Under the pieces are notes generated by a model. The model worked only from the letters and a program-made list of their open reading frames with translations, made no database searches and was not told the origin of the DNA. The position numbers were made by a program, and so were the translations under genes. Shown piece after piece: positions 1 to 9,739 of a stretch of 42,145 bases of DNA; within the stretch, counting starts at the first letter, position 1, and the number at the start of each line of letters is the position of its first letter. Source of the DNA: Bacteriovoracaceae bacterium (GTDB taxonomy: Bacteria > Bdellovibrionota > Bacteriovoracia > Bacteriovoracales > Bacteriovoracaceae); contig OZ244226.1 of the NCBI GenBank assembly GCA_965217035.1, forward strand, positions 806,001 to 848,145. The letters run 5' to 3'.

Positions 1-62
1 TATTTGTAATTTCTTAGACAAAACCTTATCTTCAAAGCTACTAAACAGAAGAGGTATTCGAC

Positions 63-1424
63 ATGGATTTACATCAGTTTTCAGTAGATTTCGTAAGCGC
101 AGTCTGGGGCCCACATATGGTGTGGATGCTCTTTGGTGCTGGTGCTGTTTTTTCAATTTATTTTGGTTTCCCACAAATCAGATATTTTTGGCATGCCGTA
201 AAGATCACACGTGGTGATTACGATGATCCAAATAAGAAAGGTGAAATCTCCCATTTTCAAGCCCTTTGTGCAGCTCTCTCTGCTACTATCGGATTAGGAA
301 ATATCGCAGGTGTTGCTTTCGCTATTGCAGCGGGTGGTCCTGGGGCTGTTGTTTGGATGTGGATTGCAGGTTTCTTAGGAATGACGACAAAGTTCACAAG
401 TATTTCGCTTTCACTCTTTAACAGAGATGAATCAGGAGATGAAGTTCATGGTGGGCCGATGTATACGATTAAGAATGGTTTGGCTGCCAATAAAACAGGA
501 TTAGCAAAACAGTTCTTCTTAGGCCTCGCATTTATTTACGCACTCTTTGTTATGATGAGCTCCTTTGGTGCTGGTAACTTATTCCAGTCTAATCAAATGG
601 CAACAATCATTAACACTACAACGGGAATAAGCCCGATGATCTCAGGAATTGTCTTTGCAGTTCTTGCTGGTCTTGTTCTGATTGGTGGAATTAAAAGAAT
701 CGGAAATGTTGCCGGAAAACTTGTTCCAATAATGGTTATCCTTTACTTCGGTGGAGCTCTTATCATTCTTTTTGCTAATATCGATCAAGTTCCAGGATTA
801 CTTGCAGATATCATTAATGGAGCTTTCTCTGGAACAGCTGCAGTTGGTGGTTTTGCAGGAGCAACCATGAAAGAGGTTATGAAAATCGGAACTCAAAGAG
901 CTGTCTTCTCTAACGAAGCAGGTATGGGTTCAGCGGCTATTGCTCATACGGCAGCGAAGTCATCTCCAATTCAAGAAGGTCTTGTTGGGATGCTTGGTCC
1001 ATTGATTGACACAATTGTCGTTTGTACGCTGACGGCCCTCGTCCTTCTCATCACTGGTGCTTGGTCTAACGGTGATGCCGGAACTGGCTCAGATATGACA
1101 GCTTATGCTTTCAGCACCTTTTTTGGAGACTGGGGTCAGTATGGAGTCACTTTAGTTGTTGTTCTCTTCGCTTTCTCTACGATTATTTCTTGGTCATATT
1201 ACGGAGAGCAAGGTGTTGTTTATATGTTTGGTGAGAAACTTATCATGCCTTATCGAATCCTTTTCGTTGTTGTGACTTTCCTAGGAACTCAAATCAAACC
1301 TGAGATTGTTCTTAATATCGTCGATGGTCTCTTCGGACTTCTGGCCTACCCGAACCTTTTGGCCAACCTCTTGTTGATGGGATATCTAAAAAAGAAGTTC
1401 GACGAATACAAAAAAACAATGTGA
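63..1424 (+). CDS. Alanine/glycine:cation symporter (AGCS family)
   Basis: Motifs ATIGLGNIAGVAFAIAAGGPGAVVWMW, GGPMY, FSNEAGMGSA and DTIVVCTLT; many TM segments; SD GAGGT upstream. Confidence 0.95.
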   Translation: MDLHQFSVDFVSAVWGPHMVWMLFGAGAVFSIYFGFPQIRYFWHAVKITRGDYDDPNKKGEISHFQALCAALSATIGLGNIAGVAFAIAAGGPGAVVWMWIAGFLGMTTKFTSISLSLFNRDESGDEVHGGPMYTIKNGLAANKTGLAKQFFLGLAFIYALFVMMSSFGAGNLFQSNQMATIINTTTGISPMISGIVFAVLAGLVLIGGIKRIGNVAGKLVPIMVILYFGGALIILFANIDQVPGLLADIINGAFSGTAAVGGFAGATMKEVMKIGTQRAVFSNEAGMGSAAIAHTAAKSSPIQEGLVGMLGPLIDTIVVCTLTALVLLITGAWSNGDAGTGSDMTAYAFSTFFGDWGQYGVTLVVVLFAFSTIISWSYYGEQGVVYMFGEKLIMPYRILFVVVTFLGTQIKPEIVLNIVDGLFGLLAYPNLLANLLLMGYLKKKFDEYKKTM

Positions 1425-1456
1425 TTACAAATACTTAAATTCGTATAAAGTTTACC

Positions 1457-1483
1457 AGCCTCCCTATAAGGGGAGGCTTTTTT
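1457..1483 (+). terminator. Intrinsic terminator after the symporter
   Basis: AGCCTCCCT-ATAA-GGGGAGGCT hairpin followed by a T run. Confidence 0.85.
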
Positions 1484-1498
1484 CTGCTATGTTGCGTC

Positions 1499-2614
1499 AT
1501 GCTTAAATCACTGGCGTTCATAAGCTTATTAAGTCTTTTCATTAGCTGTGCAAAAGAAAAGAGGCAGGTCAGCATCCAACAAGTTGAATTGGGTGACCCA
1601 ATGAATATCGTCAGAGGCACAACTTTAAACCCAACCTTTTCAAATGCAGAAGAATTCCAGAAGAAGCTCAGTGACTTCACATTACTGGCCCGGCACACCT
1701 TTATGGAAAGAAGAGAGATTGATGAACAAGATAAAAATATCTATGCTCAAAACTTTCTTGGTGGTTCTCACTCCTATGATGAACCACGAAGTATTTCAAA
1801 ACGAGGTGATAAATTCTTATGGACCCACAATGATGCAGGATATGGACTCGGTGATTTCCAATTCGAAGTTCAAAAAGACAAGTCAATCAAGCCAACTTTT
1901 CTTCTCATTGATCGAGAGAGAATTCCGATAAAAAGCCTTCATCTAAGTATTAACAAAGAAGAAACTGCTTTCTCCATGCTTATTTACTTCAATATCCCAG
2001 ATTTTGGAGATGTTGTTGCTTATTATCTTTTTGCAAAAGACTTTAAAGAGAAGAAAATATTCTCTAAAGAAAAGTATAAATTCTTACAAGAATCGAATCA
2101 AAAAATTCGCTGGCAAAAACCAAATTCACTTGAGTTAAGTTTTTGTGGAAAAAATAATGATATTGAAAAGATTGAATACCCTGTTTATCTTGCAACTGAA
2201 ACTTGGAATGATGTTTCTGGTAATCTTTATAATATTTCTTTGAAACCAAGTAAAAGAAAATATCCTCCTTTCTCTGACCTCAATTTGCAATGCATTTATG
2301 TCATCAAGGATTACCGAACACGAGGCGGAGAAGTTGTTAATCCTGCCGCAGCCTTTATGGCCATGAACCCAAGTTCAAATTCTATTATTGATGGAGATAT
2401 TGTCTTCTATGAAGATGAAATCAAAAAGAATATACCTCGCCTTGATGAAAGTCCTGTTTTCCCTTCATATATTAAAAGTGTCACTCAGCATGAAATCGGT
2501 CACTTTTTAGGATTAGGTCATGAGTTTGATGAAGAAATCGACAGTATTATGTCTTATGATTATTTTTTTATTTCAGATCATGATAAAGAGGCAATTCAAG
2601 AGCTCTACCGTTAA
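1499..2614 (+). CDS. Lipoprotein zinc metalloprotease (matrixin/M10-like metzincin)
   Basis: Lipobox FISC; C-terminal HEIGHFLGLGH (HExxHxxGxxH) plus Met-turn SIMSY. Confidence 0.85.
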   Translation: MLKSLAFISLLSLFISCAKEKRQVSIQQVELGDPMNIVRGTTLNPTFSNAEEFQKKLSDFTLLARHTFMERREIDEQDKNIYAQNFLGGSHSYDEPRSISKRGDKFLWTHNDAGYGLGDFQFEVQKDKSIKPTFLLIDRERIPIKSLHLSINKEETAFSMLIYFNIPDFGDVVAYYLFAKDFKEKKIFSKEKYKFLQESNQKIRWQKPNSLELSFCGKNNDIEKIEYPVYLATETWNDVSGNLYNISLKPSKRKYPPFSDLNLQCIYVIKDYRTRGGEVVNPAAAFMAMNPSSNSIIDGDIVFYEDEIKKNIPRLDESPVFPSYIKSVTQHEIGHFLGLGHEFDEEIDSIMSYDYFFISDHDKEAIQELYR

Positions 2615-3603
2615 GAAATTTTAGGGAGATAGTTTTTATAATCAGGATACTTCTCTTCAATCAAACCATATCTTTGACGGTTACTGAGAAAAACATAAAC
2701 TGCGTTTTGTTTTCCATCTAATATAAAGGTGCAACCTGTAAAACCATGATGCCCTACAGACTTTTCAGAGAAAGTCACTCTCAACCAATCGGCTCGATTC
2801 AAGAAACCTAAGGAGTTTTTCTCATGAATTTGAGTTGTAAAATAGTCAAACTGAGGATGTTCAATTATTGCTTTCCCAAGTTTTAAAAGATTATCAGCAT
2901 TGGAAAAAAGACCGGCATGACCTGCTTGTCCTTTAAAAGCTCTATGACAATTATAATCATTCACTTCTCCAATAACAGGATAGTCTCTCCACTTAAACTC
3001 TTGTGGCTCTTGAAAGCCTCTATCTTTGGTGAGCTTTCTTTCAAAAGGATTTCCAGTTGATGTTTGAAGACAACGTTTTTTAGGAACTGATCGTTCATGA
3101 AAAGTACTTGAAAGCTTTAGAGGTTTCGAAATTTCGCTTTCAAAAAGATCTGCTATTCCTTTTTGAGAAATAACCTCTAAAACTTTTCCAAGTAAAACAA
3201 ACCCGACATCACTATAAACTCTTTTTTTTCCAGGTGAAGTGACAGGTTTGTGTCGGTTAATAACATCAATCGTACTTTCTTCAAAAAAATAGAAAGGTAT
3301 CCAAGCAGGAAGACCTGATGTGTGTGAAAGAAAATAACGAAGTTTTATCGATTTAAGTTCTTCAGATAGGTTCGGAAGATATTTTCCAATGGCGTCATCG
3401 ACTGACAGCTTTTTTTGCTCTTGGAGAATCATAAACAAGAAAGCTGTCTGAGCGACTTTACTGACAGAAGCGATATCGTAGAGCGAATTGTCCTGAGATT
3501 CACCAAAATTATGAATTTGAGAGCTACCTGCTTGATGCAAGCCAAGCTGAACCCCCGAGGCTCCTTTGATACTCAAAAACTCTTTAACATGTTGAAAATC
3601 CAC
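2611..3603 (-). CDS. Serine hydrolase, class C beta-lactamase/esterase family
   Basis: SxxK (ASVSK), LSHTSGL, YSD, GHAGLFS and GHHGFTG motifs; GTG start. Confidence 0.85.
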   Translation of the reverse strand: MDFQHVKEFLSIKGASGVQLGLHQAGSSQIHNFGESQDNSLYDIASVSKVAQTAFLFMILQEQKKLSVDDAIGKYLPNLSEELKSIKLRYFLSHTSGLPAWIPFYFFEESTIDVINRHKPVTSPGKKRVYSDVGFVLLGKVLEVISQKGIADLFESEISKPLKLSSTFHERSVPKKRCLQTSTGNPFERKLTKDRGFQEPQEFKWRDYPVIGEVNDYNCHRAFKGQAGHAGLFSNADNLLKLGKAIIEHPQFDYFTTQIHEKNSLGFLNRADWLRVTFSEKSVGHHGFTGCTFILDGKQNAVYVFLSNRQRYGLIEEKYPDYKNYLPKIS

Positions 3604-3681
3604 AGATTCTCCCTATGTCATTATTGTCTTACGTCTTGGACCAAGATACAATCCCCCAATAAACAGAAAGAGGGAAATTAA

Positions 3682-5976
3682 ATGTCTCAAGCACGATATG
3701 ACTTGCGTCAGGAAAGAAAAAAAGAAGCTCTGAACTATCACTCAGAAGGAAGGCCCGGTAAATCCGAAGTTGTTCCAACCAAGCCCTGTCACACGGCCCG
3801 TGATCTTGCGAATGCCTACTCCCCTGGTGTTGCTTGGCCTTGTCGTGAAATCTCAGAGAATCCAGTAGATGCTTTCAAGTACACTAATAAAGGAAATCTC
3901 GTTGCTGTCATTTCGAATGGATCAGCAGTTCTTGGTCTTGGAAAAATTGGACCGCTTGCAGGGAAACCTGTCATGGAAGGAAAGGGAGTTCTTTTTAAAA
4001 AATTCGCAGACATCGATGTTTTTGATATTGAAGTTGATGAAACGACTGTCGAAGGAATGGTAAGAACAATTAAAGCTATCGCTCCAACCTTTGGAGGGAT
4101 TAATCTTGAAGATATTAAAGCCCCAGAATGTTTTGAAGTTGAAAGACAACTTAAAGAAGAACTTGATATTCCTGTTTTTCATGATGATCAACACGGAACT
4201 GCCATTATTGCTTCTGCAGCTTTTCTCAATGCTCTTGAAATCTCTAAGAAAAAAATTGATAAGGTTCAAATTGTTTTCAGTGGAGCCGGTGCTGCAGCCA
4301 TTGCTTGTGCTCGTCTTATGATCAACCTTGGCGTGAAACCAGAAAACTTAATTATGTGTGACTCGAAAGGAGTTATCTGGAAAGGACGACCAGAGGGAAT
4401 GAATCCCTATAAAGAAGAATTCGCCAATGATACCAAGAAACGAACACTTGCAGATGCTCTTGATGGAGCCGATGCTTTTATCGGTTGCTCTATGAAAGGT
4501 TTGGTTACAAAGGACATGGTGAAATCAATGGCAAAAGATCCGATCATCTTTGCCATGGCCAACCCGGATCCAGAAATTCTTCCAGAAGAGGTTGCCGAAG
4601 TTCGAGATGATGCAATTATGGCAACAGGAAGAAGTGACTACCCTAACCAGGTTAACAATGTCCTTGGTTTTCCCTTTATCTTCAGAGGTGCCCTTGATGT
4701 TCGTGCCAAAACCATTAATGAAGAAATGAAAAAGGCAGCCGTTCAAGCCCTTGCCGATCTTGCAAAAGAAGTTGTTCCTGTTGATGTAAAACTTGCTTAC
4801 GGAAATGAAGACTTTAAATTTGGAAGAAATTATTTAATTCCAAAACCCTTTGATAAAAGAGTTTTGACAAGAGTTGCTCCTGCGATTGCGAAAGCCGCAA
4901 TTGATTCAGGAGTTGCAAGAGAACCTATTAAAGATTTAAAGCTCTATGCGCTTCAACTTGATGAAAGAATGGGGAATGCCTCAGGACTCTTAAGAGATAT
5001 TCGCTCTCACCTTCCACGAGATAAAAGACCTCGAATTGTTTATACCGAAGGTTATAATCCTAAAATTTTAGAGGCCCTCTCAACCTTAAAAGATGAAGGA
5101 GTCATCCATCCAGTAGTCTTAGGTCGAGAAGGAGAAGTAAAAGATCTTATCAAAGAATTAAAGATTACGAACCTTGATGATCTTGAAATCATCCATCCCG
5201 TGAAATATGACAAGTTCTCTGAATACTGTGATCGCTTTTATCAGGATCGACAAAGAAAAGGTCTCCCCAAACAGCATGCGAGTGAAACAATGGAGCGAAA
5301 GCTTTACTTTGGTTCAATGATGGTTAAGCAAGGTGATGCTGACGGTATGATTACTGGTCTCGATCAAACCTACTCAAAAGCCTTTACTCCTATTATTCGT
5401 GTTCTTGGGGGAAGAGCTGATTCAAAGGCTTCCGGGGTTGTCATCCTTACCTTTAAGAATAAAGTCGTTTTTCTGGCTGATTGTACTCTTCAAAAGAATC
5501 CGACGGCGGAAGACTTAGTTGATATTGCCGCCAATACAGCTGAACTCTATAGAAAACTAATTCATAAAGAACCAAGAGTCGCTTTTTTAAGTTATTCGAG
5601 TTTTGGTTCGAGTCGAGACCCTGAAGTGAAAAAAGTGTCTCAAGCTGTAAAGTTAACAAAAAAGAGATTTCCGGAACTTGAAGTCGACGGAGAAATGCAA
5701 GCAGATGTCGCTGTTAATAATGAGTTATTAAAAAGTCTTTATGACTTTAGCTCCTTGGAAGGAAGCGCTGATATTTTAGTTTTTCCAGACCTAAGCTCTG
5801 CTAATATTTCTTATAAACTTCTTAGGCAGCTAGGAGAGGCTACTCCTGTTGGCCCAATCCTTACACCGATGGACTACCCTATTAATATTCTTCAACGGAC
5901 AGCTTCGGTTGAAGAAATCATAAGTATGAGTCACTTAACCGCAATCATCTCACAACATAAGAAGGATACTGTATGA
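3682..5976 (+). CDS. maeB: NADP-dependent malic enzyme with C-terminal phosphotransacetylase-like domain
   Basis: AYSPGVA, GKPVMEGK, FHDDQHGTA, GAGAAA and ATGRSDYPNQVNN motifs; PTA-like domain (VDGEMQAD, ANISYKL); 764 aa. Confidence 0.96.
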   Translation: MSQARYDLRQERKKEALNYHSEGRPGKSEVVPTKPCHTARDLANAYSPGVAWPCREISENPVDAFKYTNKGNLVAVISNGSAVLGLGKIGPLAGKPVMEGKGVLFKKFADIDVFDIEVDETTVEGMVRTIKAIAPTFGGINLEDIKAPECFEVERQLKEELDIPVFHDDQHGTAIIASAAFLNALEISKKKIDKVQIVFSGAGAAAIACARLMINLGVKPENLIMCDSKGVIWKGRPEGMNPYKEEFANDTKKRTLADALDGADAFIGCSMKGLVTKDMVKSMAKDPIIFAMANPDPEILPEEVAEVRDDAIMATGRSDYPNQVNNVLGFPFIFRGALDVRAKTINEEMKKAAVQALADLAKEVVPVDVKLAYGNEDFKFGRNYLIPKPFDKRVLTRVAPAIAKAAIDSGVAREPIKDLKLYALQLDERMGNASGLLRDIRSHLPRDKRPRIVYTEGYNPKILEALSTLKDEGVIHPVVLGREGEVKDLIKELKITNLDDLEIIHPVKYDKFSEYCDRFYQDRQRKGLPKQHASETMERKLYFGSMMVKQGDADGMITGLDQTYSKAFTPIIRVLGGRADSKASGVVILTFKNKVVFLADCTLQKNPTAEDLVDIAANTAELYRKLIHKEPRVAFLSYSSFGSSRDPEVKKVSQAVKLTKKRFPELEVDGEMQADVAVNNELLKSLYDFSSLEGSADILVFPDLSSANISYKLLRQLGEATPVGPILTPMDYPINILQRTASVEEIISMSHLTAIISQHKKDTV

Positions 5977-6347
5977 AAAAAATAATCAATGATACTAAGG
6001 CTCCAGCAGCTGTTGGAACTTACTCTCAAGGGGTTGAACTTAACGGAATGATTCTTTTTTCTGGTCAAATCGGACTTGATCCAAAAACAGGAGAACTTAA
6101 AGAAGGTTTTCAGGCTCAACTTGATCAAGTCATGAAAAATATCGATGCTCTGCTTGAAGGGACTGACTTAAAAAGAGAGAATATTATAAAAACGTCGATT
6201 TTCCTTACTGATCTTGGAAACTTCTCTATGGTTAATGAAGCTTATATTGATTACTTCCAAGAACCTTACCCTGCTCGTTCTTGTATCGAAGCAAGTGCTC
6301 TACCTAAAGGAGCTGTCATAGAAATTGAGGTTATAGCGGCTCGATGA
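5973..6347 (+). CDS. ridA: RidA (YjgF/YER057c/UK114) enamine deaminase
   Basis: APAAVGTYSQG, SGQIG, PARSC and LPKGAVIEIE; ATGA overlap with maeB. Confidence 0.92.
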   Translation: MKKIINDTKAPAAVGTYSQGVELNGMILFSGQIGLDPKTGELKEGFQAQLDQVMKNIDALLEGTDLKRENIIKTSIFLTDLGNFSMVNEAYIDYFQEPYPARSCIEASALPKGAVIEIEVIAAR

Positions 6348-6985
6348 TCTTTGATAAAGACTATCTATTCGAAACAGAAGAAACAAAGAAAAAGAAATTT
6401 CGAATCAGAATTTTTGTCAGTTTCTGTATCTTCTTTATTATCTTTGTCTTCGCTCCAATGTGCCATCACTATTATGCAAACCGATTGATCATTCAGTCTC
6501 AAGAGAAGTATTTCCAAAACCCTCCTGATCTTATAGCTGTTTTCACAGGGGGAAGAGGAAGAATTGAAAGGGCGCTGGAACTTTCTCAAGAACACCCATC
6601 TAGTAAGATTTTGATTTCTGGAGTTTATAATAAAAATACATTAGAAATTCTTCTCAATCGATTTCTCAAAAAAAGTAATAACCCAGAACAAAGTCTCGAT
6701 TATTATTCGAGAATTATTGAACTCGATTTTAAAGCCTTAAATACTTATGGAAATGTGGAAGAAACCTTAAAATTCCTTGAACAAAACAAGACTTATAAAA
6801 AGGTTCTTTTTGTTTCAAGCGATTATCATCTCCCTCGAATTAATCTTCTCTTACGGTTTATGAGAAAGCCTAAAAGGCATAAAATCGAGTATTATTTTGA
6901 TGGTGTCTCAACTTCAAATGTCATCGATTACCTTATAAACATCTATGTAGAGCAACTTAAAGGCTTTAAACTGATCGTTTTCTGA
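6344..6985 (+). CDS. YdcF/DUF218 family membrane-anchored protein
   Basis: N-terminal TM; VFTGGRGRI, ILISG, NTYGN and VSSDYHLPR motifs. Confidence 0.88.
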   Translation: MIFDKDYLFETEETKKKKFRIRIFVSFCIFFIIFVFAPMCHHYYANRLIIQSQEKYFQNPPDLIAVFTGGRGRIERALELSQEHPSSKILISGVYNKNTLEILLNRFLKKSNNPEQSLDYYSRIIELDFKALNTYGNVEETLKFLEQNKTYKKVLFVSSDYHLPRINLLLRFMRKPKRHKIEYYFDGVSTSNVIDYLINIYVEQLKGFKLIVF

Positions 6986-7025
6986 GTAATTTAGTCTTTT
7001 CTTATTTTTTGACGATAAAGCTGAC

Positions 7026-8294
7026 ATGAAAGCTTTAATTTTGACTCTTCTCTTATCATTCTCTGCTTGGTCTCAAGATTATTCCGAAGCTGAAGTTCTC
7101 GAAATTCGAGATGAACTTGTTACAAGTCTCAAAGAACAAAGAGCTGGAAAAAAATTAGGTTTCCTCCAAAGAAGAAGATTTAGGAAAAAGTTAAATAATT
7201 TTACTAAATTCATGAAAGAGAGATGTTTTGTTCCGAGAGACGATAGACCTGGTGAAACTCCATTTGGGAATAGAGTTAAAAGGACTTGTCTGAACCTTAA
7301 AACTTTATCATGTATGGATGGAATCACTACTGATAGAGGACCTAATGCTGGAATCTGTTTTAATGATGATTATATGAGAGCTGTCAAAAAAGTTCCAAAT
7401 GAAGAGCTCCCACTACCCTATCAAGAAAAAATAAAAGTCGGAGAAAACGAAGAAGCTTATCGTTACCTAGTTGTCGAAAATTTTTCTCATGGAACTGACA
7501 AGACTTCCGGAAAGCAAAAATATCATGTCGCAGTCATTGACCTTCTTGAATTAGATGAATCAGCAAAAGTTTGGGGACAATTAGAAAGATTCCCTCCTAA
7601 GTGGCTCGCAGCCCATGCTCAGATGCGCTACGATCTAAAAAATGGGGCGATGTTATTCGACTCCTTATCTGATTTTAAAACGGGTAAGGGACCTACTGAA
7701 ATTGTTTCTTCGATCATTACAAGTATTGAAGCAATGAAACCCCATGGAAAACCCTACGAACTTATTGGCGGTACTAGGGAGAAGTTTTTGGCCGTGTTTA
7801 GACTTAAAAGTCTTGATGATGTCATTGATAAGGCTAAAGCAGTAACAAAATACACCGTTGATATTGAAGAGCTTCCCTTGAAATTTCAAGATAATATAAA
7901 TAAAGCTCTTTTGCTTTCTGACTATGTGAACAAGGGAACAAAAATTGGTTACGGTGTTCGATATCACACCTTCGTTTTTAATTGTACGAACGGTCTTTTC
8001 ATTCAAGCTGAAAGAATCCTTAAAAGAATTGGAAAAAAACTTAGAGGAGGTTGGAAAACCTTTCTTCCAGTTTTTGTTCCGAGGATTCTTAAAGAATCCG
8101 GAATCCTTGGAGGAGAGCCTCGATTGCTTGACTTAACTCAGAAAAATTCAAGAAAACCTCTCGTTGATAGAAAAAAGATAGATACTTCTGATATAAAGTT
8201 TAAACCACATCCTAGTTGTAATGCACTTACAATGAATATGGATAAGGGGACAACTGCATTCCAGCAATTCTTAGATGGGTTAAAAGACCTCTAA
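7026..8294 (+). CDS. Secreted protein, probable DUF4105/Lnb-N-like permuted papain fold
   Basis: Signal peptide ending SAWS; AAHAQMRY, SIEA and YHTFVFNCTN resemble DUF4105 His and Asn-Cys motifs. Confidence 0.55.
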   Translation: MKALILTLLLSFSAWSQDYSEAEVLEIRDELVTSLKEQRAGKKLGFLQRRRFRKKLNNFTKFMKERCFVPRDDRPGETPFGNRVKRTCLNLKTLSCMDGITTDRGPNAGICFNDDYMRAVKKVPNEELPLPYQEKIKVGENEEAYRYLVVENFSHGTDKTSGKQKYHVAVIDLLELDESAKVWGQLERFPPKWLAAHAQMRYDLKNGAMLFDSLSDFKTGKGPTEIVSSIITSIEAMKPHGKPYELIGGTREKFLAVFRLKSLDDVIDKAKAVTKYTVDIEELPLKFQDNINKALLLSDYVNKGTKIGYGVRYHTFVFNCTNGLFIQAERILKRIGKKLRGGWKTFLPVFVPRILKESGILGGEPRLLDLTQKNSRKPLVDRKKIDTSDIKFKPHPSCNALTMNMDKGTTAFQQFLDGLKDL

Positions 8295-9097
8295 TGAGAA
8301 AATTCGACTTCATATCCTTGATGCTTTCTCATATTAACAACAACATCATCAATAAATAGGTATTGTCCTTTAATTCCTTGAAGTATTCCCGCTATTTCTG
8401 ATTCTTTATCAAAACCAACACTTTTAAATTTCTCAGCTCTTTCTTTAATCGGAAACTGGAATTCTCTCAACGGATCTGTTAAGATCTCTGCCTTGTTTTC
8501 TTCAATGAGTTTCTTATATTTCTTAACAATATCATTCCTAACTTTTTCAAGATCTTCGAACTCTGGTTCAGAGGCGAGCATTCTTTTCCAATGAGTCTTA
8601 TCATTATAATCTTCTTTGATAGCCTGTTCTAAAAGTCCAGCGACAAATCGATTTTTCACTTTCAAAACAGGGAGCGCATAACTCGCTCCTTGATCCACCC
8701 ACCTGGTTGGAATTTGTGATTCTCGAGTAATTCCAATTTTCAACCCTGAAGTTAAAGCAAGATAAACATAATGTGGCTGAAAGCATTCACTCTCTCCCCA
8801 TAAAGGCTCTCGACATGTTCCCATGTGATAATGACATTTTTCAGGTTGAACGATGCAAACATCACAAGCAGCCAGTTTAAGAAACGATTCATAGGAATAT
8901 CCGCTATTATAGGATTTGGAGATTTTTTTTCCAGTATCCATGCAATAGATATTTCCTGAAAACTTAAATTTAATTTTTTTGCCAAGAAGTTCATTTAAGG
9001 GCACGAGTTCATCGCTCAAGGGAAGTGAGTAAGATATTTCACCCTTCTCACTGACTTCTGCTTTCATCTTTCGGATTTGACCTTTTGTCTTTGCCAT
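8291..9097 (-). CDS. DUF2797 domain protein
   Basis: CDVCIVQPEKCHYHMGTCRE, HYVYLA, KIGITR, TRWVDQGA and GIKGQYL motifs. Confidence 0.88.
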   Translation of the reverse strand: MAKTKGQIRKMKAEVSEKGEISYSLPLSDELVPLNELLGKKIKFKFSGNIYCMDTGKKISKSYNSGYSYESFLKLAACDVCIVQPEKCHYHMGTCREPLWGESECFQPHYVYLALTSGLKIGITRESQIPTRWVDQGASYALPVLKVKNRFVAGLLEQAIKEDYNDKTHWKRMLASEPEFEDLEKVRNDIVKKYKKLIEENKAEILTDPLREFQFPIKERAEKFKSVGFDKESEIAGILQGIKGQYLFIDDVVVNMRKHQGYEVEFSH

Positions 9098-9115
9098 CTA
9101 TATCACCTCTTATTC

Positions 9116-9223
9116 CTTATTCAAACGATTTTATCTTTTAGGTAGGCGATGCTTTTGAAGCTGTATAAAGTAATACTGCGAAGAAGCATCAACTCTCCTA
9201 AGAGGCTAAAGCGGAAGAATAAG
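9116..9223 (+). repeat. Structured palindromic element, copy 1 (ERIC/RPE-like architecture)
   Basis: 27-position imperfect outer stem (9116-9142 with 9197-9223), TAGGC/AACTCT internal loop, 9-bp inner stem, GTAT/ATAC apical stem; homologous to 28411-28521. Confidence 0.8.
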
Positions 9224-9432
9224 TGAAAATAATCATAATGTTTTTGATTAAAGTTTACCAGTGGTGCCTATCACCTTTTCTAGGAGCCAATTGCCGATTT
9301 TACCCTACCTGCTCTCAATACACCCTAGAAGCCTTCGAGAAGTACTCTTTATTTAAGGCCAGTTGGCTTTCATGTAAGAGAATTTTCAAGTGCCATCCTT
9401 TTTGTGAGGGGGGTCATGATCCCCTTCCCTAA
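9223..9432 (+). CDS. yidD: Membrane protein insertion efficiency factor YidD
   Basis: YQWCLSP, CRFYPTCSQY and RIFKCHPFCEGGHDPLP; GTG start. Confidence 0.95.
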   Translation: MKIIIMFLIKVYQWCLSPFLGANCRFYPTCSQYTLEAFEKYSLFKASWLSCKRIFKCHPFCEGGHDPLP

Positions 9433-9725
9433 CAAAGCTATCATTAAGCGATGAAAAACTTTGAGAAGTTATAACGACAAAAACCCTAGATCTTGTAACC
9501 CATAGAAAACTAGAGAATGTCTTTATGGTTCTTGGAATAATAGATAAGAAGATTCCTTATAAAAACCAATTAAAACTCCTTGAAGCTTTTAATTATCCTG
9601 AACATAAATTTTTCATTTCTGCTCAACCATATCATCGGAGCAACCTTTTCGCTCAGAATAAAGGAGATCACTAAATTTTCCCAGTAAATTCGAGATCTTA
9701 GCCGTTTTAGCTTTCTTTGCTTCCT

Positions 9726-9733
9726 GCCGATAA
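9726..9733 (+). promoter_or_regulatory. sigma28 (FliA)-type -10 element
   Basis: Exact GCCGATAA 6 nt before the ATG at 9740; the -35 match is weak. Confidence 0.55.
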
Positions 9734-9739
9734 GAAAGC

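Noticed and set aside
2611..3603. Antibiotic-resistance beta-lactamase
   Set aside because: No signal peptide, and YSD/HHG variants fit a cytoplasmic esterase or amidase of the same fold.
9223..9432. yidD located away from rnpA-yidC as a novelty
   Set aside because: Orphan yidD genes are common in several lineages.
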